Assembly (NCBI RefSeq): GCF_036365525.1
Contig: NC_090399.1
Coordinates: 18,665,408 to 18,729,407, forward strand
Source of the DNA: Heterodontus francisci
Lineage: Eukaryota
DNA length: 64,000 nucleotides
Reading direction: 5' to 3'
Shown piece by piece: positions 50,924 through 63,649 of the stretch (position 1 is its first letter; each line of letters starts with the position of its first letter). A model generated the notes under the pieces. The model was not told the DNA's origin. It did not search any database and saw nothing but the letters and a program-made list of their open reading frames with translations. The position numbers and the translations under genes were made by a program.

Positions 50924-51787
50924 CCTTGTGGGATCGCCATGGGGATATTTGCTCAAATTGTTCAACTTGTTTTTTTTTTAACTTGAACAAACAGATTACG
51001 ACATCGAGTTCAGCCCATATTGTGATAGAATATATTTATTTCTGAGATTGAATTAGAAAACTGCAAAGAATGGACAATTTTGAACAGATTAATTAGTAAA
51101 AGAAAATAAATAAAAGCTATATTTTCCCACCAATGATGTTTTTTCATTCAAACACCATCAGTCCCATCTCTAGATCTCATGTTGTTTTCAGTGACATCCT
51201 TCACTCGACTGTGTCCATTCAGTAATAAAACTCTAAATGTTAGAGCGTCTCTCTCAGGCTGTTCTGCTGCATATGGGGATGTGGCTTCTCTCTTTAACTG
51301 AGGATATTCACTTAAGTGAGTTATTTGTGACTATACATTGCAGAATTCAATTAATACTGCATCTGAAACTAATTTAACACCACAAACTGATACAACATCT
51401 CTGCTGCCAATTCTTTTAGGTTATTCTTAGTTAAAGTTATCAAGTCACTGAGAGATACATTCTCCTTACCTAGAAACACTGCTGCAACTACTAATGCCAT
51501 TACAATGGCATAGACCATACCTTATTATACAAGAAACCTAGTTCCTTTTATTTTCATAATTGGCATTAGATTGGGATCCCACAATTGAATTTCCAATCAA
51601 TATAATCCTATACATGAAAGCAATCAATATGATGCCAGATGCAAGACCACAATTTATGTGTTATCCCAGAGACAAGTAATTAATATGATTCCAAATGCAA
51701 GCACCCCCACCCCACCCCCCGTACACCACCCACCCACCCTCCCCCCATTAGTCTAATTAATATCCCGGACCAGCCCCCAATTATATA

Positions 51788-52557
51788 TGTTATGACTGCA
51801 GCGGGAGTAACACACTATTAATTCAGTCCTCTCACTCCATCAGTTGCCGCATATTTATTATTTTTTACCAAAATCAGAAAAACAGCCAAATTAAACACTC
51901 TAATATCCCCAGAATGAAACAGACCAAACCAGATATCTTTACACAACAATTTAACTATTTATTTGAAGTCAACTAAATCTTAAACACTATTAAGATAAAC
52001 CTATATCCAAAGATCTGATAGCTGTTTGATTTAATCTAACTCCCACATTCACGCAGCCATTCAAAAAGGACAGTGACCCGGTTTTAAAGGCAGCATTTGA
52101 AAATTATCTGTCTGTTAAGAATAACTAAAAATGAGAAAGTCTTTGCGTTTTATGTTCCTGATAAATTAAGTCTTCTCAGGTGAAGATAATCAAAGTTCAT
52201 TTGATGTATTTATCTGGATTTGATCAAAATACTCAGTTCTTGTTAGGCAAAAAGTTCAGATGCAGTAGCAGTAACAGTTCCTTCAATGATAAGCACAGCA
52301 ATACAAACAATTTGTTGCAAAGGAAAAGTTTTTCTTATTTACTCAGGCATTTAACTTAGTCTGTAGCTTTGTAGAATTTTTCTTTAGAGAGAATAGACTA
52401 ACTCCTTTCTCCAGATCCCTCACTGAAAAGCTCTCAGAATAACTGCTTCAAACTGGTTTCTGCCAGTTACACACATAGTCCAAATGGATATATTATACCA
52501 TGTGACCTCTCTCTCCTGCTGTTTCCCATGGTAACCAAAATGCAATTGTGGTACACT
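51788..52557 (-). mobile_element. LTR-like fragment, followed by the start of a Harbinger-type MITE (52558 to ~52690)
   Basis: The TGTTATGAC start and layout resemble the solo LTR at 37585. A GGGCTGAATTTT TIR starts at 52558, and no partner TIR was found. Confidence 0.5.
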
Positions 52558-52689
52558 GGGCTGAATTTTATGCTGCCCCAGCAGGTCGGATGGTGGCGTG
52601 GGGCGGCATAAAATTGAGCAAGAGGCTCCAGGAGGCCTACACGTCCCACGACTGCCTCCTGCCAAGTTTATGGCATTGGGCGAGGGGTG

Positions 52690-54988
52690 GGAAATGGGGG
52701 AAAGAGCCTGACCAGGTGGTCGAAGTTTCAGTAGGGGAGCATTTCGGGAACAGTGACCATAATTCCGTAAGCTTTAAAGTACTTGTGGATAAGGATAAGA
52801 CTAGTCCTCGGGTGTAGGTGCTAAATTGGGGGAAGGCTAATTATAACAATATTAGGCAGGAACTGAAGAATTTAGATAGGGGGCGGCTGTTTGAGGGTAA
52901 ATCAACATCTGACATGAGGGAGTCTTTCAAACGTCAGTTGATTAGAATCCAGGACCGGCATGTTCCTGTGAGGATGAAGGATAAGTTTGGCAAGTTTTGG
53001 GAACCTTGGATAATGCGGGATGTTGTGAGCCTAGTCAAAAAGAAAAAGGAAGCATTCATAAGGGCTAGAAGGCTGGAAACAGACGAAGCCCTTGAGGAAT
53101 ATAAAAAAAGTAGGAAGGAACTTAAGCAAGGAATCAGGAGGGCTAAAAGGGGTCATGAAAAGTCATTGGCAAACAGGATTAAGGTTTTTTATACGTCTAT
53201 AAAGAGCCAGGGAAAGTGTTGGCCCACTCAAGGAAGAGGAGGGAATCTATGCATGGAGCCAGAGGAAATGGGCGAGATACTAAATGAGTGCTTTGCATCA
53301 GTATTCACCAAAGGGAAGGACTTGGTGGATGATGAATCTAGGGAAAGGTGTGTAGATAGTCTGGGCCATGTCGATATCAAAAAGGAGGAGGTGTTGGACG
53401 TCCTTAAAAACATTTAGATAAGTCCCCAGGGCCTGATGGGATCTACCCCAGCATTAAGAGGGAGGCAAGGGAAGAAATTGCTGGGTCCTTGACAGAAATC
53501 TTTGTATCCTCATTGGCTACACGTGAGGTCCCAGAGGACAGGAGAATAGCCAATGTTGTTCCTTTGTTTAAGAAGGGTAGCAAGGATAATCCAGAAAATT
53601 ATAGGCCGGTGAGCCTTACGTCAGTGGTAGGGAAATTATTAGAGAGGATTCTTCGGGACAGGCTTTACTACCATTTGGAAACAAAGGGGCTTATTTGCTT
53701 GAGGCAGCATGGTTTTGTGAAGGGGAGGTCGTGTCTCACTAATTTGATTGAGTTTTTTGAGGAAGTGACGAAGATGATTGATGAAGGAAGGGCAGTGGAT
53801 GTTGTCCACATGGACTTCAGTAAAGATTTTGACAAGGTCCCTCTTGGCAGACTGGTACACAAGGTGAAGTCACACAGGATCAGTGGTGAGCTGGCAAGAT
53901 GGATACAGAACTGGCTCGGTCATAGAAGACAGGGAGGAGCAGTGGAAGAGTGCTTTTCTAAATAGAGTTCTGTGATGAGTTGCGTTCCGCAGGGATCAGT
54001 GCTGGGACCTTTGCTGCTGTAGTATATATAAATGATTTGGAGGAAAATGTAACTGGTCTGATTAGTAAGTTTGAGGACGATGCAAAGGTTGGTGGAGTTG
54101 GGGATAGTGATGAGGATTGTCAGAGGATGCAGCAGGAAATAGATCGGTTGGAGACTTGGGCGGAGAAATGGCAGATGGAGTTTAATCCGGACAAATGTGA
54201 GGTAATGCATTTTGGAAGGTCTAATACAGGTGGGAAGTTACAGTAAATGACAGAACCCTTAGGCGTATTGACAGGCAGAGAGATCTAGGCGTACAGGTCC
54301 ACATATCACTGAAAGTGGCAACGCAGGTGGATAAGGTTGTCAAGAAGGCACATGGCATGCTTGCCTTCATGGATCGGGGAATAGAGTATAAAAATTGGCA
54401 AGACATGCTGCAGCTGTACAGAACCTTCGTTAGGCCACACTTGGAATATTGCATGCAATTCTGGTCGCCACACTACCAGAAGGATGTGAAGGGTTTGGAG
54501 ACGGTACAGAGGAGGTTTACCAGGATGCTGCCTGGTCTGGAGGGTATTAGCTATGAGGAGAGGTTTGATAAACTCGGATTGTTTTCGCTAGTACGACAGA
54601 GGTGGAAGGGCGACATGATAGAGGTTTACAAAGTTATGAGTGGCATGGACAAAGTAGATAGTCAGAAGCTTTTTCCCAGGGTGGAAGAGTCAGTTACTAG
54701 GGGACATAGGTTTGAGGTGTGAAGGGCAAAGTTTAGAAGGGATGTGCGAGGCAGGTTTTTTACACAGAGGGTGGTGAGTGCCTGGAACTTGCTGCCGGGG
54801 CAAGTGGTAGATGCAGGTACGGTCGTGATGTTTAAGATGCATGTTGACAAATACATGAATAGGATGGGAATAGAGGGATATGGACACTGAAAGTGCAGAA
54901 GGTTTTAGTGTGGGCAGGCATCAAGATCGGTGCAGGCTTGGAGTGCTGAATGCCCTGTTCCTGTGCTGTACTGTTCTTTGTTCTTTGT
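52690..54988 (+). mobile_element. 5'-truncated CR1 LINE (endonuclease C-terminus, RT, 3' tail), frameshifted
   Basis: GNSDHN, NYRPVSLTSVVGK, QHGFVKGRSCLTNL, KFEDDAK and RPHLEYC; tail ctgttctttgttctttgt. Confidence 0.95.
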
Positions 54989-57900
54989 ATCTATCAAATG
55001 CATATTTACAATTAAAGTTAACTGACATGAGCAAGGAATTGCTTATCATTCGTACACATGAAGGGTTTTACCAGTATGAAAGGTAACCGTTTGGGGTGTG
55101 TGAGGCTCCTGCAGTGTTCCAGAACACCATGAAGTAGGTACTAAGTGGGATGAAAGGAGTGTTCTGTTTCTTGGATGACATTTTAATTATCACTAAGACA
55201 GAGAAACTGCCAATTGTAAGGTTGAACAAAGTCCTAGATCGACTTTGAGAGTATGGCATCAAAGCTAAAAAGCACAAGTGAGGCTTCATTTTGTCGAATG
55301 CAACATACATGGGTCACCGAATAGATGGAGAAGGCTGAGGGAATTTGAAAGCAAAGATACCAGAGAACAAAGAAGAACTTGGAAAATTCATACGAATTGT
55401 TGTGCATTGTTCTAAGTTCATCGCCAACTTAGCTAATACATTTGCGTGATTGTATCAACTGCTCAAGGATGGAATAGATTGGGAGTGTTCTGTGGAGTGT
55501 CAGAAAACATTTGAAGAAGTGAAGAAAGTACTGATGAGTTATGGTGCTTTGACCCACTATGATCTCGTGAAACCATTGGTTTTAGCCTGCGATGCACATC
55601 ACAGGGGTTAGGTGTGGTGTGAATTCACATAATGGAAGATGGTGTGCAGAAGCCTGCAGAAAATACTTCACGTACTTTAATGAAGTCAGAGCAAAATTAC
55701 TCACAAGTTGAGAAAGAGGCATTACTGATCAGATATGGTGCTACAAATTTCTGTACAGTAGGAGGTTCTCCTTGTTAACTGACCACCAAACCCTTGCAAT
55801 CATATTTGGTTCAAACAAGAGAGCATCATTTCTAGCGACAGCGCAGCTTCAGAGATGGATGTTGATTTTTATGGCCCATCAGTATAATATTAAATACCAT
55901 TGGTTAGCAGATCTTGCAAATGTGGATGTTCTTTCCAGATTTCCAGTGAAGGTTGATTCATTTCTGGCAAATAACTCATCCGTGGATTATTTAAAATAGA
56001 CTTGGAAGTGTCTGCCAGAGGATTTTCTGAAGAAGCTCGCAATTACGTTGTGAATGGCTGCTGTAAAAAGTGTGATGATGATAAATTTCAGGAGTATTTC
56101 ACAGGTAGAAATGAAATGAGTGTAGATCAAGGCTCTCTCTTATGGGGTTTAAGAGTAATTATTGTGCCAAGAACAAAGAACAAAGAACAGTACAGCACAG
56201 GAACAGGCCATTCGGCCCTCCAAGCCTGCGCCGATCTTGATGCCTGCCGAAAATAACAAGGTTCAAGGAGAGATTGTTAGAGGAACTTCATCAAGATCGC
56301 ACAGAGTTATACAGTAGCAATAAGCTATTTTTGGTATTCTAATGTGATAGAGATATTGAAGAGTTGGTGAAAAGTTGTGAAGTGTGTCTCATAATGAGAA
56401 ATGATCAAACCAAGGTTCCTTTCATCAAATTGTCAAACACAAGAAAACTGTAGGAATGAGTGCATGTTCATTTCTTTGAAGTGGAAGTTAAAGATTGTTT
56501 TGTTTTGACCGATAGCTATAGCAAGTGGATACATGTTGAGTCAACACCCATTACCACGTCTATTGAGGTTTTGAGGAGAACTTGTTTGGCAATTTATGGG
56601 TTGCCAGAAGTGTTGATGTCAGGTAATAGTCTACAGTTTACATCAGACGTGTTTGAAATATTTCTGAGTAAGAATGGAGTCAAACACACTCTAATACCAC
56701 CATATTACACAACATTGAATGGTGCTGCAGAAAGAAGAGTACAAATTGTGAAGAGGTTTTTGCAGAAGTATTTACTCAGTGTTAAGCTGGACAGTAATGT
56801 CTATGTTTCTCATCAACACAGTTTAGACATTGTTTTGTTCCCTTAAAGAATAACCCCACAGTCTACAACAGGTTACTCACCTTTCAAGTTGGTGTGTAAA
56901 CATCCTTGGAGGACAAGGTTAAGTTTGCTTAAGCCTGATGTCAATAGCAAAGTAAGAGAAGCAAGACAGAGTGAAGATGAGTCACAGTACTTGAGGCATG
57001 AAACTTGGAGAGTTCAGTGCAGGTCAGAAGATCAAGCTTAAAAACCACGGAGGTGATAAGAAGTATGTGTTTGGAGCTGTTGTAAAAAGACTAGGTACAT
57101 TAACGTATCTGTTGAGGATTGGAGAGAGATGCCGTCAGTGTTATGTAGATCATTTGCTTGAAAGAGGACATGTGAAAAAGGGAGATTATGAGAAACCTCC
57201 TATAGTCCAAATTCCTACAGTACTAAGGGGAACTAAGCATGAAATTGAAAGGCACAAAGAAACTGAAAGTTTGCCAGAATCACAGAATCCACAGGTAGAA
57301 TAAAGTGAGTCAGGGTCTTTAATTAACACTAATCAATCAGTTTCACTGTCCCAAACATTAAGTGGAGTTTGTAGTCAAAGTCAAAATGCAGAGTCATCTG
57401 TCTGAGATGTTTGGAGGGCAGAATCGAGCTAATAGAAATGGAAGAATATATTCCGACAGAAAGATAAAGAAGTCAGATAGGTAAATTAAAAGTATGTAGG
57501 ATGGAAGAAGAAGTAAGTCATTCTTTTCATTACTTTCTGTTAGATGATGATATTTGTGCGAAAGACACACTGTTCTTTATGAATAAAAAACGTTGTAACA
57601 TGTCAATTACACTGCAAATATTGGTTTTAACTGTGACTAGAGTAACGAAAAGCAGGTAATCCAACCTGTCACATTTCAGGGCATATTGTTATTGTATTCT
57701 GGGGAATTATGTTCCCGTACCATTTTACAATTTAATGTATTTTTTTTGTTATTTGGGGAGGGAGTGTAGTGCCTTGAAATAGCTGAAGTGTATTGAACTG
57801 GATGAGCTCGTGTTTTGTGATAAATAAGCATTTTAAAACTGTTATGCTGCCTTTCCATTTCCGTTTCTGTTGGGGAGATGTAAATGAAAGTTGAACAATG

Positions 57901-58226
57901 GTTGCTTACAGCTGCAGACTGTATAAAGAGTTTATGTCAATAAAGCAGTAGGTGACACTGCGTTCAGTGTGAGATCTTGTAGCTGCAGTTTCTGAAGGTG
58001 AAAACTGGGGTGGTAGCATTATTCTGATCATTGATAGTAATCAGCAGCTTTAGTTCTCTTAGCCTTTTTTGGTGGCCCCATGACGCCTTCTTGTGAAAAC
58101 ATCCAGGTCCATGTATCCCGAATGAGAGCGTTTGCTCTAAAGAAAGGATTGGGGGAAAGAAAGACCTCACCTGACTTTCTTGTCAGCGGATTCTCTGTCA
58201 TGGAAGAGGTCATTGCAAGTCCTACA
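54989..58226 (+). mobile_element. 5'-truncated Gypsy retrotransposon (RT-RH-IN order) with probable 3' LTR at 57765-58226
   Basis: LSNAYLQL...PFGV...FLDDIL, LACDA, LTDHQTL and DSYSKWI...NGAAERRVQ. A purine tract ggggagggag precedes TGTAG...CTACA, which contains AATAAA. Many stops; a short CR1 tail is inserted at ~56170-56255. Confidence 0.85.
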
Positions 58227-59236
58227 GAAAGTAACAACTAATTATCATAAGTCTAAGAGTTTGAGTAAAATAGACGAAAGACGAATGAAACCTTTCTGTA
58301 TGTCATTAAAAAGCTAAATGTTTGAACAATGTCAATAAGGGCTAGGACTAGCCTAGTTTGACTCCAGATGGTGGTGTTGGTGGGTTGGGTTTTGCATTCT
58401 TAAATGCCCATCCCTACGTTGCTGCGAGGAAATGATAACAAACGTTTCATGACTTTAATGTGTTTTGGTACTGTGACAGGGGTGGAAAGCTGATTAGAGG
58501 GATTTGAGCATGGATAGAGAACCGTCACCAACGTCAGTAACATGGGAGCTAGGATGGTACTTGGCCCCATCCATCCGAGCAGCCACCAAGCTGAGGCGTC
58601 TGGCTGTTAGCTTCTCCACCAGCCTTGCCCCTCTCCCTCAGCTGGGTCCCGTCTCCCCACCCGAGGCTCAATGCTGGACACATCCAGATGAAAAACCCCA
58701 CCCACCAACACCACCGACTCTCTCAGAGGGAGACAGAGGGATGGCATTGATCGGTTGGGAGGAATTGAAGAGAGACGACTCAATAAATTTTCCCAAAAAA
58801 ATCGATTCACACCAGAAGATTTACAAAATCTGCAGCAATTGTTTTTTGTGCGAATAAGTTTTGTTTTCTGAGCAGATGTGAAGAGCTGAGAATGGAATGA
58901 GTGGAGGTGGATTAGAGGCACAGGATGCTGTTCCTCCTCCTGTCCTTCATGGGGCACTCTGATTATCCACATGCCTGTTTTCTGTTCGCTGCTCCAAAAA
59001 TCACTTCTTGCCATCTTCTCCGCTACCCTTTGGGTTGTGTGACCTCCAACACACCCTGCCAGTGTTTTGGGGGTCATCCAGCTGTCTGTTACATCTTGCC
59101 TACTGCCCTGCGGCTCTTTGGTGTGTGTGACCCAGTCCATCCCCAACCAGTGTATTTCTGGTCATCCAGCTGTTGGTTACCTCTTGCCCGTTGGGGATAA
59201 ATATTACAGCCATGGACTGGAAATACTGGGCTGCCC

Positions 59237-60147
59237 TCAGTTTTTTAGTTTATTTATTAATTGAGTAATTGATGTAACTGGATATTTCACCGCACTCTTG
59301 ACCTGCTCTCTGAACTTGGACTGAGTGGCCCCATAAATAAATGTGTTTGTGCAGCAACTTAAATTCAACAGCATAATTCCAACTTGATGAAATATATATT
59401 CGGAATTGTTGTAATATCTGGGATCTCTTCCTGCAATGTTATAATATAAGAATTCCAGTACATTTACCAACCACAGAAATATGAAGCTGCCGGATATGGT
59501 GAAGACTAAAATCAGAGACTTCCTTCTGCTCTCCATCTCTGGGTCACTGTGATTCTCTCCCTTCCTCTGACCCCTCAGTCTTTTACGGACTCGACTGGCC
59601 ACTAAAATGTGTCTGACTGTCAGAGCGTTGAGCAACAGAATTAAAACGAATGGGGACAATGGGGTTAAAACTTTATCAAACCAGTCATATCCAACCCATC
59701 TGGGCTCAGTAAAATAACTTGGCTTTATATAACAGCCCCATGGTAAATTGTTGATTATCGATCTAGGTTCAGATATAAAGTACATGGGTACATTTCTTGA
59801 ACAGAACAGAATGCAGGTTGTTGTTAGAACGACAGTGGCAGTTTTCTCAGTGCAATATTTTGTTTTCAGCTTCTGGCAACAAATGGCCACAAATCGATCA
59901 AAGGAGAAAGTGATGGTGAACCAGACAGAACAGTCTGTGGCTGCACGACACAGGATGACAATAACACTACACACAGGGGTGATGTGCAGAAAAGATCCCG
60001 GGAAATAATAATAAATGATCCTGTACAGTATGACCTCAGTGATAATGAACAGTAGATCTGCCATTGCCATGGCCACCAGGTAGTGAGTGGTGCAGGTGGA
60101 GAGGCCGCACTTTCTCCGGGACAGGATCACAATCGCCAGTAAATTAA
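59237..60147 (-). CDS. GPR139-like: GPR139-like GPCR gene C, coding exon 2 (exon 1 probably beyond position 64000)
   Basis: Same acceptor, 911 nt open and the same 7TM motifs. The intron stays collinear with the gene A intron up to the window end. Confidence 0.92.
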
Positions 60148-61074
60148 CTGTAAGAGAGAGAAGGGAAAAGAGACTGAAAATTACTGATCAAACATTCTCC
60201 ATGCCTGACCCAGACAGTAAGTGAAGGATTCTAGCAGAAAAAACAGATGAGTTGGGGGCTAATCAGAGGTTAAAATTTTCTTATCTGAACCCTGGCCCCA
60301 ACCGACCTCTGACCTCCCACTTCCCGGTTTAACGGAGTTGGAACAGGGGACAGATAGATAGCCCATCCCAGGAGGCGGGTTGGCAATTTAAATATTTGAA
60401 TGAGGCCGAAAGTCTCTGATTTAATCTGTTTTCCAGGTTGAACTCTGCACAGCCGATTTCCCCGTTATACCCCACACCAGATACAAAGACACCTGGAATT
60501 GATGAGGAGAACCATCCCACCCTCCAGGACCAGGCCCTTCCCTCACGAGCGGACCTCCACAACCCTGGGATCTCACCCGACCTTACCGAGGATCGGACGC
60601 CAGGCCTGGGATCAGATCACCCTCCTAGGATTGGACCCACTCCTGGGCTTGGAGTCCCTCAACTGGGATCAGACCCTCTCCTGGGCTCAAAAGCCCTGGA
60701 ATCAGATCCTCCAATCCTGTCTTAGATTGGGCACTCCCCACATCCCCTCCATCCCCTGGACTCGGGCATTACACCAGGATAGGAGATCCCTTCCAGTGTT
60801 CCTCATCAGACACGCTCGAGGATGGGAGACCCCTCCACGGGATTGGGGATTGATAGCCCTGCGGTAAAAGATGTCACCAGTCTCTCCTCATCAAGAATTG
60901 GTGATTGGACACACTCCAACAAATTCCCTGAGTCAGGTTCGGACCACCCTAGTCCTCAGGCCTGCTCCAAAGTCCTCATGGCCCTGCTGGAAGCCAAGCC
61001 TGTCAATCAGGACTAAGAAACTGTTAAGAATTAAAGAGGCAGGCTGTGGAGTTAAAACTCTGAAACTCCAATGG

Positions 61075-63600
61075 AGGCGTGTAAGACGGGCACTACAATT
61101 ATCATGGGTGATTTTAATCTGCAAATAGACGGGCCAAATCAAATTGGCAAGGGTAACTTGGAAGACAAATTTGTAGAGTGCATCAGGGATTATTTCTTAG
61201 AATAATACGTTGCAGAACCTACCCAGGAACAGGCAATTTTAGATTTGGTAATGTGTAATGCGGTAGGATTAATAAGAGATCTCAGACTTAATGATCCTCT
61301 AGGGGAATGCTGTCATGACATGGTAGAATTTCAAATTCAGTTTGAGGGAGAGCAACTCAGGTCTCAAGCCAGTGTCTTCAATTTAAACAAGGGCAATTAC
61401 AAAGGTATAAAGAAAGAGTTGGCTAAAGCGGGCTGGCAAAATAGACTTAAGGGAATGTCAGTAGCTGAGCAATGGCAGACTTTTCAGCAGATATTTCATA
61501 ACACTCAGCAAACATTTATTTCGGTCAGAAGGAAGGACTCGATGAGAATGATGAACTACCCATGGGTAACAAAGGAAGTTAAGGAGAGTATCAAATCAAA
61601 AACAAAGGTGTACAAAGTGAAGAAAGCTAATGGTAGTTCAGAGGATTGGATTTTTTTAAGAACCAGTAGTGGATGACTAAAAAAAACAAGTAAGAGAGAG
61701 AAAATTGATTATGAGAATAAATTGGCAAGAGCTATAAAAACAAACAGTAAGAGCTTCTACGGGTTTATAATAAGGAAGAGAGTAGCTAAAGTAAGTGTGG
61801 GAACCTTAGAGGATGAGACTGGGGAATTAATAACAGGGAACAGGAAAATGGCAAATTATTTGAATCATTACTTTGCATCGGTCTTCACGGTGGAGGACAG
61901 CATAAACATCCCAACAATAATAGATGAGCTAGGTGTAAATGGGAGGCTGGAACTTGTTATAATCTCAATCACGAGGGAAAAGGTGCTGGACAAAGTAATG
62001 GGACGAAAGACAGACAAGCCTTCAGAACCTGATGGCCTGCATCCAAGGGTTTTAAAAGAAGTAGCTGCAGAGATATTGAAGGCATTGATCGTAATATACC
62101 AAGACTCACTGGATTCGGTAGGGTACCAGCGGATTGGAAAACCGCTTATGTGATGACCCAATCCAAGAAAGGAAGGAGACAGAAAGCAGGAAACTTTCAA
62201 ACAGTTAGCTTAACATCTGTCATTGGGAAAATACTAGAGTCCATTATAAAGGAAGAAATAGCAGGACATTTCGTAAGACGTAATGCAACCAAACAGAGTC
62301 AACATGGTTTTATGAAAGGGAAATCATGTTTGGAAAATTTGTGAGTTTTTTGAGGTTATAACAAGCAGAGGGGATAAAGGGGAACCGGTAGATGTAGTGT
62401 ATTTAGATTTTCAAACGGCTTTCGATAAGGTGCCACATTAAAGGTTATTGCACAAAATAAGAGCTCCGGGTATTGAGGGTAATGTGTTGGCCTGGACTGG
62501 AGATTGGCTAACACACAGAAGACAGAGAGTCGGGATTAATGGGTATTTTTCAGGTTGGAAAGCCATAACTCGTAGGGCGCCACAAGATTCCGTCCTAGGG
62601 CCTCAACTATTTACTATCTATGTTAATGACTTGGAGGAAGGGACAGAGTGTAGTGTATCCAAATTTTCTGATGATACCAAAATAGGCGGGAAGGAATGAT
62701 GTGATGAATACACAAAGTATCTGCAAAGAAACATGGGTAGGTTAAGTGAGTGGGCAAGAACTTGGCAGATGGAGTTCAATGTCGGAAAGTGTGAAGTAAT
62801 CCACTTTGGTAGGAAGAATAAAAAGGCAGATTATTATTTCGATGGAGAAAGACTGCAAAATACTGCAGTACAGAGGGATCTGGTTGTTCTTGTACAGGAA
62901 ACACAAAACATTAGCATGCAGGTGCAGCAAGTAATTAGGAAGGCACATGGAATTTTGACCTTTATTGCTAGGAGGTTAGAGTTTAAAAATAGGGAAGTCT
63001 TGTTAAAACTGTACAGGGTGTTGGTGACGCCACACCTGGAGTATAGTGTGCAGTTTTATTCCACGTATTTAAGGAAGGATATGCTAGCATGGAAGGCAGT
63101 TCAGAAAAGCTTCACTAGGCTGACTCGTGGGATGAAGGGGTTGACTTATCAAGAATGGCCAGCCACGTTAGGCTTCTATTCATTGGAGTTTAGAAGAATG
63201 AGAGGTGATCTTATTGCAGCATATAAGATTTTAAGGGGGCTTGACAGGTTAGATGTCGAGAATATGTTTCCACTGGTGGGGGAATTTCAAAACTAGGGGA
63301 CGTAGTTACAGAATAAGGGGGGCACACATTAAAAATTGAAATGCGAAGGAATTTCTTCTCTAAGAGGGTGGTGAATCTCTGGAATCCTGTACCTCAGAGA
63401 GTTGTGGAGGCTAGGTCACTAAATGCATGTAAGGAGGAGACAGATAGGTTTTTGAAATCTCGGGGAGTCGAGGGTTCTGCAGAGCAGGCCCAAAAGAGAA
63501 GTTGAGGCCTGGGACAGATCAGCCGTGATCTTATTGAATGGCGGGGCAGGCTTGAGTTGCTGAATGGCCTACTCCTGCTCCTATTGCTTATGTTCTTATG
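61075..63600 (+). mobile_element. 5'-truncated CR1 LINE inserted in the gene C intron (antisense to the gene)
   Basis: EN/RT motifs (LDLVMCN, PDGLHPRVLKE, KFSDDTK, PHLEYSVQF) and a ttatgttc-type tail. The flanks rejoin to match 15962-16020 of gene A. Confidence 0.95.
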
Positions 63601-63649
63601 TTCCCCATCTATGTCACTTAATCCTGCTAATATCCTGGCCTATGAATTG

